Source: Undibacterium sp. (GTDB lineage: Bacteria > Pseudomonadota > Gammaproteobacteria > Burkholderiales > Burkholderiaceae_D). Taken from it: a stretch of DNA of 64,000 bases. The stretch is taken from positions 8,676 through 72,675 of the forward strand of contig NZ_JAUSFI010000098.1 of assembly GCF_030651495.1 (NCBI RefSeq), given 5' to 3'. Shown piece by piece: positions 52,731 through 63,809 of the stretch. Each line of letters begins with the position of its first letter. Within the stretch, counting starts at the first letter, position 1. The notes below the pieces were generated by a model, which did no database searches, was not told the DNA's origin, and was given only the letters and a program-made list of their open reading frames with translations. The position numbers and the translations under genes are program-made.

Positions 52731-53579
52731 TTAAATAAATTGATCTTCCCGCTTAGCAATCTTTAATAGCCATAACGTTACGATCGTGAGTACAACCAAC
52801 GTCACTAACGACCCCTCAATCCCGTAAGCACCACCGCTTAGCCATTCAGGCCCAGAGAGTTGGCCTTGCAAAAAACCTTTGGCAGGATGACCAGAAGTGG
52901 GAAGAGAAAACACGGCATCCGACATAAAATTCCAGGCAAAGTGGATGCCGACAGCCAGCCACAAGCGTCTCGTGACCATATAGGCGGCGCAAAACAGCAA
53001 GCCAGCCACCGCTGTGACAACGATGGGCAACAAAGTGATACCAGCGTTCGGAAAATGAGCCAACGTAAATAGAACTACCGAAATTAGTAGAGCCGATAAG
53101 GTTCCTATTGACTTCTCAATAATGCGAAAAATAATTCCTCGAAACAAAATTTCTTCAAAAAATGCCACGAGGAGCATTTCGGAAAATGGTGATACTAAAG
53201 TGATCCATTGATTCGTGCTGACAATCTGAAAGGAATCGGTTGCAATCAACGTGCAGAGCACGACCAAAATTGCTACACTTCCTATTACGACACCAAAGCC
53301 AAACTCATATGCAGCACCGACGCGAGAAAACTCAACAACCTCGCGCTTCTCCACCTTTTTCACATACATCACGTAAGCTGCGATACACAACATCGCGCAA
53401 ACCATTTGCGGCCAGACTTGGCGCATTGACTTGTCCAATGCCTGCTGTACCAAGATCAATGTCAACGCAACCGGCAATGCAACAAAAAGCGTTGCAATGA
53501 CGATTCGTGATAAAGGATGTGCAAAAAACCGAGCACTACGTGAAAGTCGCTGAGAATATTGAGTATTTGAAGTTGCCAT
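52731..53579 (-). CDS. CPBP (CAAX/Abi) intramembrane metalloprotease
   Basis: EEILFRG, F...H and H..WN motifs. Confidence 0.9.
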   Translation of the reverse strand: MATSNTQYSQRLSRSARFFAHPLSRIVIATLFVALPVALTLILVQQALDKSMRQVWPQMVCAMLCIAAYVMYVKKVEKREVVEFSRVGAAYEFGFGVVIGSVAILVVLCTLIATDSFQIVSTNQWITLVSPFSEMLLVAFFEEILFRGIIFRIIEKSIGTLSALLISVVLFTLAHFPNAGITLLPIVVTAVAGLLFCAAYMVTRRLWLAVGIHFAWNFMSDAVFSLPTSGHPAKGFLQGQLSGPEWLSGGAYGIEGSLVTLVVLTIVTLWLLKIAKREDQFI

Positions 53580-53768
53580 AATTTTTATGATGATTGATTT
53601 AACAAGTAAAGTAATCTCGAAAATTATTTCTTAATCCCGATTAGCAACAATATCTTGCACAAACGGTGAAATATTTATTTAGCTTTCTCATATTACCTAC
53701 CCGGAGATGAATATGATTTTAAACAAAATTTAGCTGTGATCTCCTTCACAGGCAAGTGCCTACGATGT

Positions 53769-54407
53769 TCATCTGCGGATTATCCATTCAGCCAAAGCAA
53801 GATTGATCATCCACGCAGCACTCATTAATACATCCCTTGGCAGCCCACTTAGTTCACCAAAGGCCAACATCCACGGTATTCCGAGAAGTGCTTGTGTACC
53901 CGCACCTTGGCCGAGCGCGTAGCCCCTAATCATCCATGCACGGTGTTTGGCAATATCGCGATGCAAAATGGCAAGCAAGGAAATAAATATCGATAGCACC
54001 ATGCCCGAACCAACCAATAGGCGGAAGCTGTACAGTAGCGCGCCTTGCTGCTGCAAATCGATCGGATACATTACTGTCATCCACAAGCCTGACAAACCAG
54101 CAAACAACCCGAAAGGCACCAGCAGGCGCCCAACTAGTCGGTGCCAACCTGGGCTAGATTGACGAAATGTTGAGGAAAACTGAAATGCTCCAAGTAGGCA
54201 GAATAATGTGGCGCTGAGTAAGTGAACTACTATGGGCAAAGGCGAAGCGATGAAGCGTGCATTTTCAGGAGTCGCAGGGCCGCCGGCGACAAGCCCGGAC
54301 AACCGAACGAAACCAGCCAAAACTGGGACAACGCTTAAAAGAAACAGTGCGGTTGGCACCACCCAACCGATTCGCTTTTCCAAATTTATTAAGCGCTTCA
54401 TTATCAT
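53769..54407 (-). CDS. DUF2306-like membrane protein
   Basis: H...G..QF, WHR..GR and H..WM.R.YA motifs. Confidence 0.8.
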   Translation of the reverse strand: MIMKRLINLEKRIGWVVPTALFLLSVVPVLAGFVRLSGLVAGGPATPENARFIASPLPIVVHLLSATLFCLLGAFQFSSTFRQSSPGWHRLVGRLLVPFGLFAGLSGLWMTVMYPIDLQQQGALLYSFRLLVGSGMVLSIFISLLAILHRDIAKHRAWMIRGYALGQGAGTQALLGIPWMLAFGELSGLPRDVLMSAAWMINLALAEWIIRR

Positions 54408-54415
54408 TTTTACGC

Positions 54416-55273
54416 CTATCTAATATTGTATGTCACGCCAAAAAGCACTTGTTGAGTATTGGCCTGCAGTGCTAACGGACTATCTTTTGCGGCACTGGCT
54501 AAGCTCGTGCTGTTCACTGCTGCCAACACGCTCCAATCATGATTAACTTGGTAAGAGAAGCGCACACCGACGCTAGCATCCCGAAGACCACTCGATGGTT
54601 TATATACACGGTATCGACTCGTACTGGCTTGGGTAGCACTGACACCAAAATAGTTTTCCATGTAGGAATCGTTAGCCAACGTGGAATCCACGTTTAAACT
54701 GATTTGCATTGATGAGTTCAATGGAATTGCGTATGCTGCGCCAAGTTTTAATAAAGCACCTTTGTGTTCATTACCCGATCCTATATGCACGCTGCTGTTG
54801 ATCGAAAATTGATCCGTTATCGCGGCTCTAATGAAGCTAACAAAGACTGCCTTTCTCGCCACGTCCCCCATGCCGGCAAGAGCTCTAGAGTGACTCTCTT
54901 TGCGGCCAACATCTATGCCTAGCGCCGAGCCGTATTGCAACTTTGACGGTAATTCGTACTGCAAGCCAATCAATGTGCTGTTGTCACCACCCACAAAAAT
55001 GCCATTCGCCCAATGATATTCCAGTATTGCAACTCCTTTAATTTCGGTTTGGTCTGAGCCTTGGTACTTCGGCAAGGAAGCTACGCCAACACCAACAATG
55101 CCACTCGTTGGCAGCGCTTCTGGATATTTGTTGTCTGCCGTCTGTTGTGCGAGAACCAAGGTACATGGCAGGAACATGCTGGTAACAACAACGGTACCTA
55201 ACAAGCGAAAAGTGTTGGATACGAGGTTTGTTCTGCGGCCGCCAGATGAGATGGAATGAGATGGAATAGTCAT
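54416..55273 (-). CDS. MipA/OmpV family outer-membrane protein
   Basis: P.Y.GS, Y...YFGV and A..SPL motifs, terminal aromatic beta-strand; start uncertain. Confidence 0.85.
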   Translation of the reverse strand: MTIPSHSISSGGRRTNLVSNTFRLLGTVVVTSMFLPCTLVLAQQTADNKYPEALPTSGIVGVGVASLPKYQGSDQTEIKGVAILEYHWANGIFVGGDNSTLIGLQYELPSKLQYGSALGIDVGRKESHSRALAGMGDVARKAVFVSFIRAAITDQFSINSSVHIGSGNEHKGALLKLGAAYAIPLNSSMQISLNVDSTLANDSYMENYFGVSATQASTSRYRVYKPSSGLRDASVGVRFSYQVNHDWSVLAAVNSTSLASAAKDSPLALQANTQQVLFGVTYNIR

Positions 55274-55911
55274 GATGTAAGTTGAATTTATAAAATAAAT
55301 GATAGGAACTACGGAATCGCACCGAGATGAGCTTCGGCGAAGCATTGGCTTTTTCGATTGATTCGTAGTCTATGGAAATCTTATGCGCTCGTAACCGTAC
55401 TAAAGTACAGTTTTAGGTATGGTTGTTAAGGTGGTGCACGTAATAGATGCCAACCAATGATATGTGCGCCAGTCTGAGCAGACACGATGCATTCCGTGAT
55501 CATCAGCGCGATACTTTTGAAATCAGCGAAATGTGCGAAGACACCTAGTGGCTGACTCGCACTCAATCAGAAATCGCATCATTTGTATGGCATGTGGTCA
55601 GCATTTCCAGACCCAATACGATCGAGGTTAAGGCCCCCCCCCCAATGTTGACCATCAGGTGTACGCGAGAAAATTCCTTGCTGATATCGATATAGTCAAA
55701 GAAAAAGGCAGTACTGCTAGCGCAGGATACCCGTAAGTACAATCACTTTTGCGGCAATCTTCAACATGGATCATCTCTTTTCAATAAGTCGTAAATGCAC
55801 TAAATACTATTAGACAAGTTTTCAAATGAATAAATCATTCTTGAAATTCTAGGGAATCTACCTATGCCAACAAACAATCACAGAGATCAGTCGTACCATA
55901 TTAAGATGGGA

Positions 55912-57057
55912 TCAATGGCGTAAAATAATTTTTGCAATTTTTTCGGCTATATTGTCCGGTTCGGGTTTATGGGCATCATTATTGGCAAGCACCGCAATAA
56001 ATATGCCATTCTGGGGGGACCGCCAAATGTGTGCGCTGAAGCCTCCTATGTCGCCGCCATGTTCAAGCACAGTATTGCCACCAATTTTTCGAATGAACCA
56101 GCCATAACCGTAGCCAGCACGTCTATGATCGTTCAAGGTGTAATCGGTGGCCATACGATCCCAAGACTCTCGCTTGAGCAAAGCTCCTGCTGCTATGGCT
56201 AAGTCCCAGCGTACCAAATCGTCGACGTTGGTGCGCAATGCGCCCGCTGCAAACGGCCAGCTCATGCTGTAATGCGCCACACTTAAGATATTTTTTCTGT
56301 TTTCCGTATATCCAATGACTGGTGACGAGGGCGTGTCCGCATCCTCTATCACCGTATCATCCATTTGCAGAGGCAGAAAAATGTGCTGCCGCATGAAGTC
56401 TGAGTATTTTTCGCCTGACACTTTTTCAATAATTGCGCCAAGAAGAAAATAGTTGGAGTTACTGTATGAAAAACGCTGACCAGGTTGGAACTCTGGTGCT
56501 ACATCCCAGAAAAAACTAATGCCATCATCTACGGTCACGTCATTTGTCATTAGATCACCAAATTGCGGCATCACCGTGTAATTCCTGATGCCAGACGTAT
56601 GCGTCAGCAGGTGTTCAATAGTCACGTGGCGGCTATGTTCAGGATACTTAGGGAAATATTTGCCTATTTCATCTGTAACGGAGAGCTTGCCCTGCTCAGC
56701 CAGCAACATGATTGCCGATGCAGTAAATTGCTTAGTGATGGAGCCCACGCGTAACGTCAGCTCTGGCTGTAACCGCAACTTGGTTTCTATACTCGCTAGA
56801 CCATAGGCTTTACGGAATATTATTGCGCCATATTCGGAAACAATTACCACTGCGCCTGGCTCTTCGAGCCGAAAATATTTCAATAGCATTGCATCAATTT
56901 CCTGTGCACGTATATCTGTTGTAAGTGCTTCATGTACGTCAAAAACGACATCTTCCGACTTACTAAAGGCGACAATGGGACAAAAGAAAACCGTAAAACT
57001 CAAGGAGATTAAAAAATTCGCGCAGCGCGGGTGACGCCAGAAATTTGAAGTGGACAT
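55912..57057 (-). CDS. serine hydrolase, class C beta-lactamase/PBP-like family
   Basis: SITK (SxxK), LLTHTSG, YSN and HGG motifs; signal peptide. Confidence 0.9.
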   Translation of the reverse strand: MSTSNFWRHPRCANFLISLSFTVFFCPIVAFSKSEDVVFDVHEALTTDIRAQEIDAMLLKYFRLEEPGAVVIVSEYGAIIFRKAYGLASIETKLRLQPELTLRVGSITKQFTASAIMLLAEQGKLSVTDEIGKYFPKYPEHSRHVTIEHLLTHTSGIRNYTVMPQFGDLMTNDVTVDDGISFFWDVAPEFQPGQRFSYSNSNYFLLGAIIEKVSGEKYSDFMRQHIFLPLQMDDTVIEDADTPSSPVIGYTENRKNILSVAHYSMSWPFAAGALRTNVDDLVRWDLAIAAGALLKRESWDRMATDYTLNDHRRAGYGYGWFIRKIGGNTVLEHGGDIGGFSAHIWRSPQNGIFIAVLANNDAHKPEPDNIAEKIAKIILRH

Positions 57058-57077
57058 ATCATTAGTTCCAAAATTGC

Positions 57078-57293
57078 TTAGTTTTTAGCTGCGCCCATTG
57101 TCTTTTCACGTTGCGTTTTGTAGCTGTCATACCCCACCGAAACACGACTCAGGCACGTCGCTCTGTCGGATTCCGACATATTTTTACACTTATCCTGAGC
57201 GCTATCTTGTAAAGAGCTATAAATCTGATTGGCAGTACAGGCAGTCAATGCTGATAGCAGAAGTAATACTGTAAAAACATCATGTATTTTCAT
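57078..57293 (-). CDS. small lipoprotein
   Basis: Lipobox LTAC; two further Cys. Confidence 0.7.
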   Translation of the reverse strand: MKIHDVFTVLLLLSALTACTANQIYSSLQDSAQDKCKNMSESDRATCLSRVSVGYDSYKTQREKTMGAAKN

Positions 57294-57336
57294 AACCTAA
57301 ATTTCCTCATAAAAACCATTGCAATGTTTTGCAATC

Positions 57337-58824
57337 TCACACTGATTCATCGACTAATAGTTTGTTAGTTTTTTTCACTAATAATTCGATGACCTCATCG
57401 TTAAACGATGGAGTCTTGCTCATATACATACTCACGTCGACCGCTGCCATTGGCTTAGAAATAAAGTATCCTTGTATTTCATCGCATGAAAGTGCCTGTA
57501 ACAAACGTAATTGATCTATTGTTTCAACACCCTCTGCGACCACTTTCATGTCCAACGCATGCGCCATCGAGATAATTGCCGACACCAAAGCTTCCCCCCT
57601 CTCCCCTACTCGCAAATTGTCGATAAAAGATTTATCGACTTTCAACATATCTATCTGAAATTGCTGCAACACGGATAACGAAGAATACCCAGTACCAAAA
57701 TCGTCTAGCAGTATCTTCAATCCTAGGTCGGTGAAAGAATTAAGCTGTTGTTTTACGCTTTGATCATGTTCAATGATGCATGACTCGGTAATTTCAATTT
57801 CCAACATGGCGGGATCAATTCCATAGGTGATCGTATGCCGTAATAATCTAGCCCTTAAATCTCCCATATTCAGTTGGAGTGGTGATACGTTGATTGAAAT
57901 CGGAATTGGTCGAAAGGTTTGCGCCTTCCATCTTGCTATTTGCTGGCAGACCATTTCGATTACTCGCTCCCCTATTAGTACAATCAACCCAGATGACTCA
58001 GCAATCGGTATAAACTCGCTTGGGGCTAACAAACCTCGTTCAGGGTGATTCCAGCGTATCAATGCTTCAAGCCCACGCAATTCGCAAGTAAAACTATCAA
58101 CGCGTGGCTGGTAATGCAAAATAAATTCATTACATTTGAGTGCCTTACGTAAGGCTTGCTCTAACGTAATTTTTGTCAGGATGGCTGCTGACATCTGTTT
58201 TTGGTAAAAAAGATATGACTCTTTTACTTGAAATTTAGCTGCATACATCGCAATATCTGCGTGCTTGAGTAGTGTTTCACCTACTTCACCATCTTGAGGA
58301 TAAAGGCTAATGCCTATCGACGCCCGCAATGAGTAGTGTCGCTCTCCATGTAACTCAAATGGCATACTAAGGGAAAAAGAAATCTGTTCCGCCATATCTT
58401 GAGCCTCGCCTATGCTCGAAATATCACTTAATACGAATACGAATTCTCCATAGCTGAGCCGAGCGATATGATCGCCTAGCCTCAATAGCGAACTCAATCG
58501 AGCACTAACATCACACAACAATTCATTGCTAAAGGCATGGCCAAATATGTACTTGATATTTCTGAATTCATCTAAATCGACAAATAGCAGCGCCATTTGG
58601 ATATTTTTTTCCTGCGCGTCGTTAATACGACTTTTTAAGTAGTTCATGAGCCAGAAGCGATTTCGCAACGAGGTCAGCCGATCTCTACTGGCGTAGTTCA
58701 ACGCGCTCAATTCTTGCGCATCTTCGGCAATGTATGAACTACTGTCTGCCACTTCAAAAGTGTGCCTCGACAAAGGTTCTGAAATCTCATCAATGATTAA
58801 CGATTCATGCACGCGTACATCCAT
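57337..58824 (-). CDS. GGDEF(degenerate)-EAL c-di-GMP phosphodiesterase
   Basis: GGDEF replaced by SYGEF; EAL, DDFGTGYSS, LKVD and EGVE intact; start uncertain. Confidence 0.88.
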   Translation of the reverse strand: MDVRVHESLIIDEISEPLSRHTFEVADSSSYIAEDAQELSALNYASRDRLTSLRNRFWLMNYLKSRINDAQEKNIQMALLFVDLDEFRNIKYIFGHAFSNELLCDVSARLSSLLRLGDHIARLSYGEFVFVLSDISSIGEAQDMAEQISFSLSMPFELHGERHYSLRASIGISLYPQDGEVGETLLKHADIAMYAAKFQVKESYLFYQKQMSAAILTKITLEQALRKALKCNEFILHYQPRVDSFTCELRGLEALIRWNHPERGLLAPSEFIPIAESSGLIVLIGERVIEMVCQQIARWKAQTFRPIPISINVSPLQLNMGDLRARLLRHTITYGIDPAMLEIEITESCIIEHDQSVKQQLNSFTDLGLKILLDDFGTGYSSLSVLQQFQIDMLKVDKSFIDNLRVGERGEALVSAIISMAHALDMKVVAEGVETIDQLRLLQALSCDEIQGYFISKPMAAVDVSMYMSKTPSFNDEVIELLVKKTNKLLVDESV

Positions 58825-59306
58825 ACAACCCCCTTCGATATTTTTTAGAAAAATTGTATTTCTCGTCAAAAAATTACTCAGCATTTACCGAATTACACGT
58901 TATTGCTTTATTGCGCAGTGCTCATTGATATATTTAGCCGAGTACACTAATTATCATTGTACGATTCGCTATACAGTCTGAATTTACGAAAGATGACGGC
59001 TGCTTCGGTGCGACTCTTTTGAAGACGATGATAAAAATCTTCACCTCCCCGATTCGCAACGACTATATTTGAATGCTTTGTATTCGCCACCAGACTAAAG
59101 TACGGTTTTGAGTATGGCTAATCGATTCCGTCGTCTAAATTCATTTAGTAAGCTTATTCGCGAAAGGCTACAGACCTATCGTCATCGAAAAACTGCATAA
59201 TTGAATAAAGCGATCCACCTCATACAACAAGGAATGGGCAAAACATACGTGCGCTCGCTTTCATATTTGGTCAATATTTCGATATTCTTTTAGTGTAACT
59301 TCAGCC

Positions 59307-59770
59307 TCAATACCTGAACGTTGCACCTACATAGCCATAGCTATCTGATGGCATTTCTGCTCGCTCGACTACATCGCCAGCGACCAGGTGTTCGAAATTC
59401 AAGAATAAGCTCACAGATTCACTTACCGTCCAACTTCCGGCAATGCGAAGTAAACCGCCAATATCGTGGCCTGAAAAGTTCTGTGTTCCCGCATATGCCC
59501 GCATTCCACCAGCATAGACAGCGTCGTTCCCATTTAAGCGTCGCGCGAAACCGTATTCGAGCGCAATATTTGAACGTGGTGTCAGTGCGACGAAAATCCC
59601 TGGCTCAATCATCAATAAATTGCTCAGGTTAAAAAATTGACAAAATTGACCTTCACCAAGATAGTTTGAACTTGTATATAGCTGGTTGAAACCCTTGAGC
59701 GCTCCCGCTCCATAAGCACCGCCTCCGGATGCCACATCGATATGCCCATTAAGACGAGGCTTCCAGCCGT
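59307..59770 (-). pseudogene. duplicated 3' fragment of the alginate-export-family porin gene
   Basis: GWKPRL...GATFRY aligns with the C-terminus of 60575-62077; no 5' part. Confidence 0.85.
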
Positions 59771-59837
59771 TGCTGAACAATGCTAGCCCCGTGTTTATTT
59801 ACACAAAATGTTAAACAAATGTTCTTACCAGACAGTC

Positions 59838-60461
59838 TTATTTAGCCGCGAACTTGGCGTAGTATTGCTCCACTGCTGGCAGTTGGGCAATGCGGTTCAT
59901 ACGGGCATTGAGGGCAGGGGCAACTTTTTCAACCAAATCTGTCGGCACGTGATCCAAACGGCCAGAGTTGAGGCCGCGCACGTCAACAAACACTTTAAGA
60001 TCTGCAATGGTGAGACGGTTATCAGCAAAATATTCTCCACCACGTGCCAGCAATTGGCTTTGCAACCAACCTAAGTACATCGGCATGGAGCCATTCACTA
60101 GTTCTAAGCGCGCCGTTTTTTGCGCATCGCCTGTCATGCGGAAAGATGGGCTTAACCTCACCGTGGAATCTTCGACTACCGACATCACCTCATCACACAG
60201 CAATGCCTGAAAGGCGTCAGCAGGATACAAATCGGCAAGTCTTCCGACATAGCGATTGATTGCATCGCACTGCGTGACTTGCACACCGTCTACCATCAAG
60301 GTTGGCACCTGGCCAAATGGTGTGGTTTTGCGCACCGCGGCAAATTCCGGGAAGGCAAAACGGTGGTCTTCAAATGCAATGCCACCTATGTGCATCGCCA
60401 GACGCGCAGGCTCGGCACGGCCGCCGTGAAAATCAAAATAAGTGAGTTTGAGTTGAGTCAT
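59838..60461 (-). CDS. glutathione S-transferase (sigma-like)
   Basis: KLTYFD..GRAEP.R, PFGQVP.L..DG, Q..AI.RY and LTIAD motifs. Confidence 0.92.
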   Translation of the reverse strand: MTQLKLTYFDFHGGRAEPARLAMHIGGIAFEDHRFAFPEFAAVRKTTPFGQVPTLMVDGVQVTQCDAINRYVGRLADLYPADAFQALLCDEVMSVVEDSTVRLSPSFRMTGDAQKTARLELVNGSMPMYLGWLQSQLLARGGEYFADNRLTIADLKVFVDVRGLNSGRLDHVPTDLVEKVAPALNARMNRIAQLPAVEQYYAKFAAK

Positions 60462-60574
60462 GTTAATTTCCTGTAATAGTTAGCGCGGTCAATCCGGACT
60501 GAGAAAAAGACGAAAAAAGTTATGGGTCACAAGCTTAACTATTGTTATTTCGATGGTTTTTTAGTGTAGATCCC

Positions 60575-62077
60575 TCAATATCTAAAGGTCGCACCGATAT
60601 AACCGTAGCTACCTGAGGGCAGCCGTGCACGTTTGATGACGTCACCAGCTACAAGGTGTTCAAAATTCAAGAAAAAGCCAACCGATTCACTGACGGCCCA
60701 ACTTCCGACAACGCGAAGCAAGCCGCCAATTTCGTGGCCTGAAACGTTCTGTGTTCCCGAATATGCTCGCATTCCACCGGCATAAACAGCGTCGTTCTCA
60801 TTTAAGCGGCGCGCGAAACCGTATTCGACCGAAAGACTTGTACGTGGTGTCGGGGCGACGGAAATCCCTGGCGCAATCATCAATAGATTGTTCAGACTAA
60901 GAAACTGACCTTCACCAAGATAATTTGAACTTGCATAAAGCTGGTTGAAGCCCTTGAGTGCTCCTGTCCCATAGGCTCCGCCTCCGGATGCCATGTCGAT
61001 ATGTGCATTAAGACGAGGCTTCCAACCATCACTGGAGAGACCCAGACTATGGACGCTGAACAGCCCCCATGCATCAATATTACGATTCAAATATTTGCCG
61101 CTTTGATGCGCCAATGTCCAGTCGAATCTCAAGGCGCCTTGCCTACCCCATAGGCGCATGCCAATGGTATCCCGATCATCAAGGCTGACGTGGCCACCAG
61201 AACGGAAACTTGGATTTTCGCTATGTATCCAAAATGGATCCAAATATGTATTTGGTCCATTACCGGAAGAAATAACCATACTGCCGTTAAGCCCCTGCAA
61301 GCGCTCGCCGTGATTGATTTTTTCGTCGAAAGCACCATGCACCATGCTTGTCGAACGCAGGTCAAAGGCGCCAACGCGAAATTTCTCATCATGGTAGTAG
61401 AAACGTATGCCATTCCATGTGCGATGGATATTGGGGCCGTCGCTTAAACTGATCAATTGTCGAGGACCGTCAGCAAATTCCTGTCGGCCGATCATAACGG
61501 CTACCAGAGTCGAAACAACATACACACGGGTATCAACAAACAATTGCTGAAGTGAAGCATCGTTTTTGAAGTTGGCGGTAGCGGTTTTTTGGCGACCTTC
61601 TACCTGACCAGTGGCGACCTCAGCATAAACGCGGACGTGAGGATCAAATCGCAGATCGGCACCAAGAACACCACGAAACAACTGCTGCTGATAGTCATTA
61701 CCATTTGCTAATTGTCCATGATTAAAAGTGTCGAAGCGTAAGCGAGCCTCAGCGCTTAACGTCAAGGATGCCTCACCACCAATTGGCATGGCTTTGAACG
61801 GCGCGGCATGTCCATTCGCGCCCATGCCACTCCAATCCTCCGCCCAACGACTGGCGAGCAAACCATTCCCTACCTCAGGACCCCAGCCTGAGGCGTTGAG
61901 TGGATAGGGATCGTTCGGTGTCGGTGCATGCGTACCTGGCGCTTGCGTTCCTTCACATTTGGTTTGGTCTAACTTGCTCAACGTCAGCGCTTGAGCAGAG
62001 GCTACGCCTGGCTGCACCAGCAAACTGATCACACTTACGCAAAGCGCACACACTTTATTGATGTTCATCAATGTCAT
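60575..62077 (-). CDS. alginate export family outer-membrane porin
   Basis: Signal peptide; EDWS, GRQE and GPN motifs; beta-barrel pattern ending in FRY. Confidence 0.8.
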   Translation of the reverse strand: MTLMNINKVCALCVSVISLLVQPGVASAQALTLSKLDQTKCEGTQAPGTHAPTPNDPYPLNASGWGPEVGNGLLASRWAEDWSGMGANGHAAPFKAMPIGGEASLTLSAEARLRFDTFNHGQLANGNDYQQQLFRGVLGADLRFDPHVRVYAEVATGQVEGRQKTATANFKNDASLQQLFVDTRVYVVSTLVAVMIGRQEFADGPRQLISLSDGPNIHRTWNGIRFYYHDEKFRVGAFDLRSTSMVHGAFDEKINHGERLQGLNGSMVISSGNGPNTYLDPFWIHSENPSFRSGGHVSLDDRDTIGMRLWGRQGALRFDWTLAHQSGKYLNRNIDAWGLFSVHSLGLSSDGWKPRLNAHIDMASGGGAYGTGALKGFNQLYASSNYLGEGQFLSLNNLLMIAPGISVAPTPRTSLSVEYGFARRLNENDAVYAGGMRAYSGTQNVSGHEIGGLLRVVGSWAVSESVGFFLNFEHLVAGDVIKRARLPSGSYGYIGATFRY

Positions 62078-63543
62078 TTTGTTTGTGGCGCGCAGTCGCA
62101 GTCTGAAGGAGCGAGAGAATGGCTCAAGTAGGCGATGTAAAGGGCAATTGCGATAAGCACTGCTGCCACGGTGAAGGTCAATCGCATACCCGAAGCAATA
62201 GCATCAGGGCTCGCTGTCATCATGTTGCTTGTCGCAGACCCGATCGCAAAAACCGCCCCCATTAGCGATGCGCCAGTGATCAGCCCCAAATTGCGCGACA
62301 GATTGAGCATGCCGGAAATGACACCGCGCTGGTCGGCTTGAATATTCGTCATCACCGCAGTATTGTTTGCAGCCTGAAACAGAGCGTAGCCAGCGGTAAT
62401 CACTACCAAAGGAACGATGTAACCAGGAATACCGAAACTGGTCGGCAGCATTGGCAGGATGGAGGAGCCAACCAACATACCAACCAAGCCGGCAATACTC
62501 ATACTATGTGCACCAAACCGGTCAACAACCCGCCCAGCAGGGACGCCAGTGAGTGCTGCAACTATTGGACCGGACGACATAACGAGGCCAACATGAGCGG
62601 CATCGAGTCCAAGCGCACCTGAAAGATAGAACGGGCCAACCACCAACGTGGCCATCACTACGGCGGTCACCAAGGTACTCATTGCGAAGCCACCGCTTAG
62701 CAATGAGTTGCGAAACATCGACATGCGAATTAAAGGTGACTTGGCCCTCATTTCAGCTAATACGAACAAGCCAAGGCCGACAAGTGCAGCGAGCAAGAGT
62801 GCCGCATTGATTGCGCCAAAATTACCACGCCCTATCGTCATCGCAAGTGCATAAGCAGCTAGCGTTAGCGCAAGAAGAATCGTACCTAAATGGTCAAACC
62901 GGGCACGATTTGTGTTCGACGCTGGACGATCAACGGGCAGAAAACGATAAGCGAGAACCAACGTCAATAAACCCAAAGGCAAGTTGATAAAGAAAATCGA
63001 TCTCCAACCAAAACCGCCAATCATGACACCACCAAGTGACGGCCCAAGCGCAGTGCCCACTGCCGACATAGTGCCAAGCAGCCCCATCGCACTACCGGTT
63101 TTTTCTTTGGGAACAGCCTCACCTACGAACGCCATGGTCAGCGCCATCATAATGGCCGCGCCAAAGCCCTGTACCGCACGAGCCGCAATCAACAACCATA
63201 ATGTCGGAGCAACCGCACACAGGACTGAGGCCAACGTAAACAAGGTGATTCCCACAAGCAGTAAGCGGCGGCGACCAATCATGTCACCGAACCGTCCGAC
63301 GCTAACAATCAGAGTGGTGATGGCGAGAAGATAGGCCAGGACAACCCACTGGACTTGTTGGAAGGAAGCGTTGAACGAGTGTGCCAAGGTCGGCAAACCA
63401 ACGTTGGCGATGCTGGTACCGAGAGAAGATAACAACATGGAAAGCGAAAGGCTGGCTATCGTCCAGCGAACTGTGGAATTGAGTCCTTCGTTCTTAGCCG
63501 CCACTGATCCTGCTGGCTCGTGTTTTGGTAGGATAGTTTTCAA
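62074..63543 (-). CDS. MFS transporter, DHA2 (14-TM) family
   Basis: NV.LP, W....YLL, GRFGD..GRRR, R..QG.G and WR.IF.IN.P.G motifs. Confidence 0.92.
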   Translation of the reverse strand: MKTILPKHEPAGSVAAKNEGLNSTVRWTIASLSLSMLLSSLGTSIANVGLPTLAHSFNASFQQVQWVVLAYLLAITTLIVSVGRFGDMIGRRRLLLVGITLFTLASVLCAVAPTLWLLIAARAVQGFGAAIMMALTMAFVGEAVPKEKTGSAMGLLGTMSAVGTALGPSLGGVMIGGFGWRSIFFINLPLGLLTLVLAYRFLPVDRPASNTNRARFDHLGTILLALTLAAYALAMTIGRGNFGAINAALLLAALVGLGLFVLAEMRAKSPLIRMSMFRNSLLSGGFAMSTLVTAVVMATLVVGPFYLSGALGLDAAHVGLVMSSGPIVAALTGVPAGRVVDRFGAHSMSIAGLVGMLVGSSILPMLPTSFGIPGYIVPLVVITAGYALFQAANNTAVMTNIQADQRGVISGMLNLSRNLGLITGASLMGAVFAIGSATSNMMTASPDAIASGMRLTFTVAAVLIAIALYIAYLSHSLAPSDCDCAPQTK

Positions 63544-63809
63544 TTTAACCTCTGCATGATTGGTGAATGAAATTCAGATCTATGCAAAAGATACGCCCTC
63601 AATTGACGTGGCGGAAGGCGCACCATTTGCATTGTATTAATGCATGCTGCGCCACCCGCCCCTTATATCGATTGATACAGCGTCCCATCGATACATCTTC
63701 TACAGTCTCATCTCATGCCCGCGCGCCTAACCATGCTGCCATAACTATATTAATTCGCTGTTGATAGCGTCAAGGCTGCGTGGAATGGTCGATCCGCTGG
63801 CCATGTTCG

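Noticed and set aside
55441-55770. Possible decayed SAM-methyltransferase on the minus strand
   Set aside because: Only vague motif fragments across frameshifts and stops; cannot be supported without an HMM search.
55912-57057. Bona fide beta-lactam resistance gene
   Set aside because: Has HGG rather than KTG and belongs to the broad serine hydrolase family; activity is unknown.
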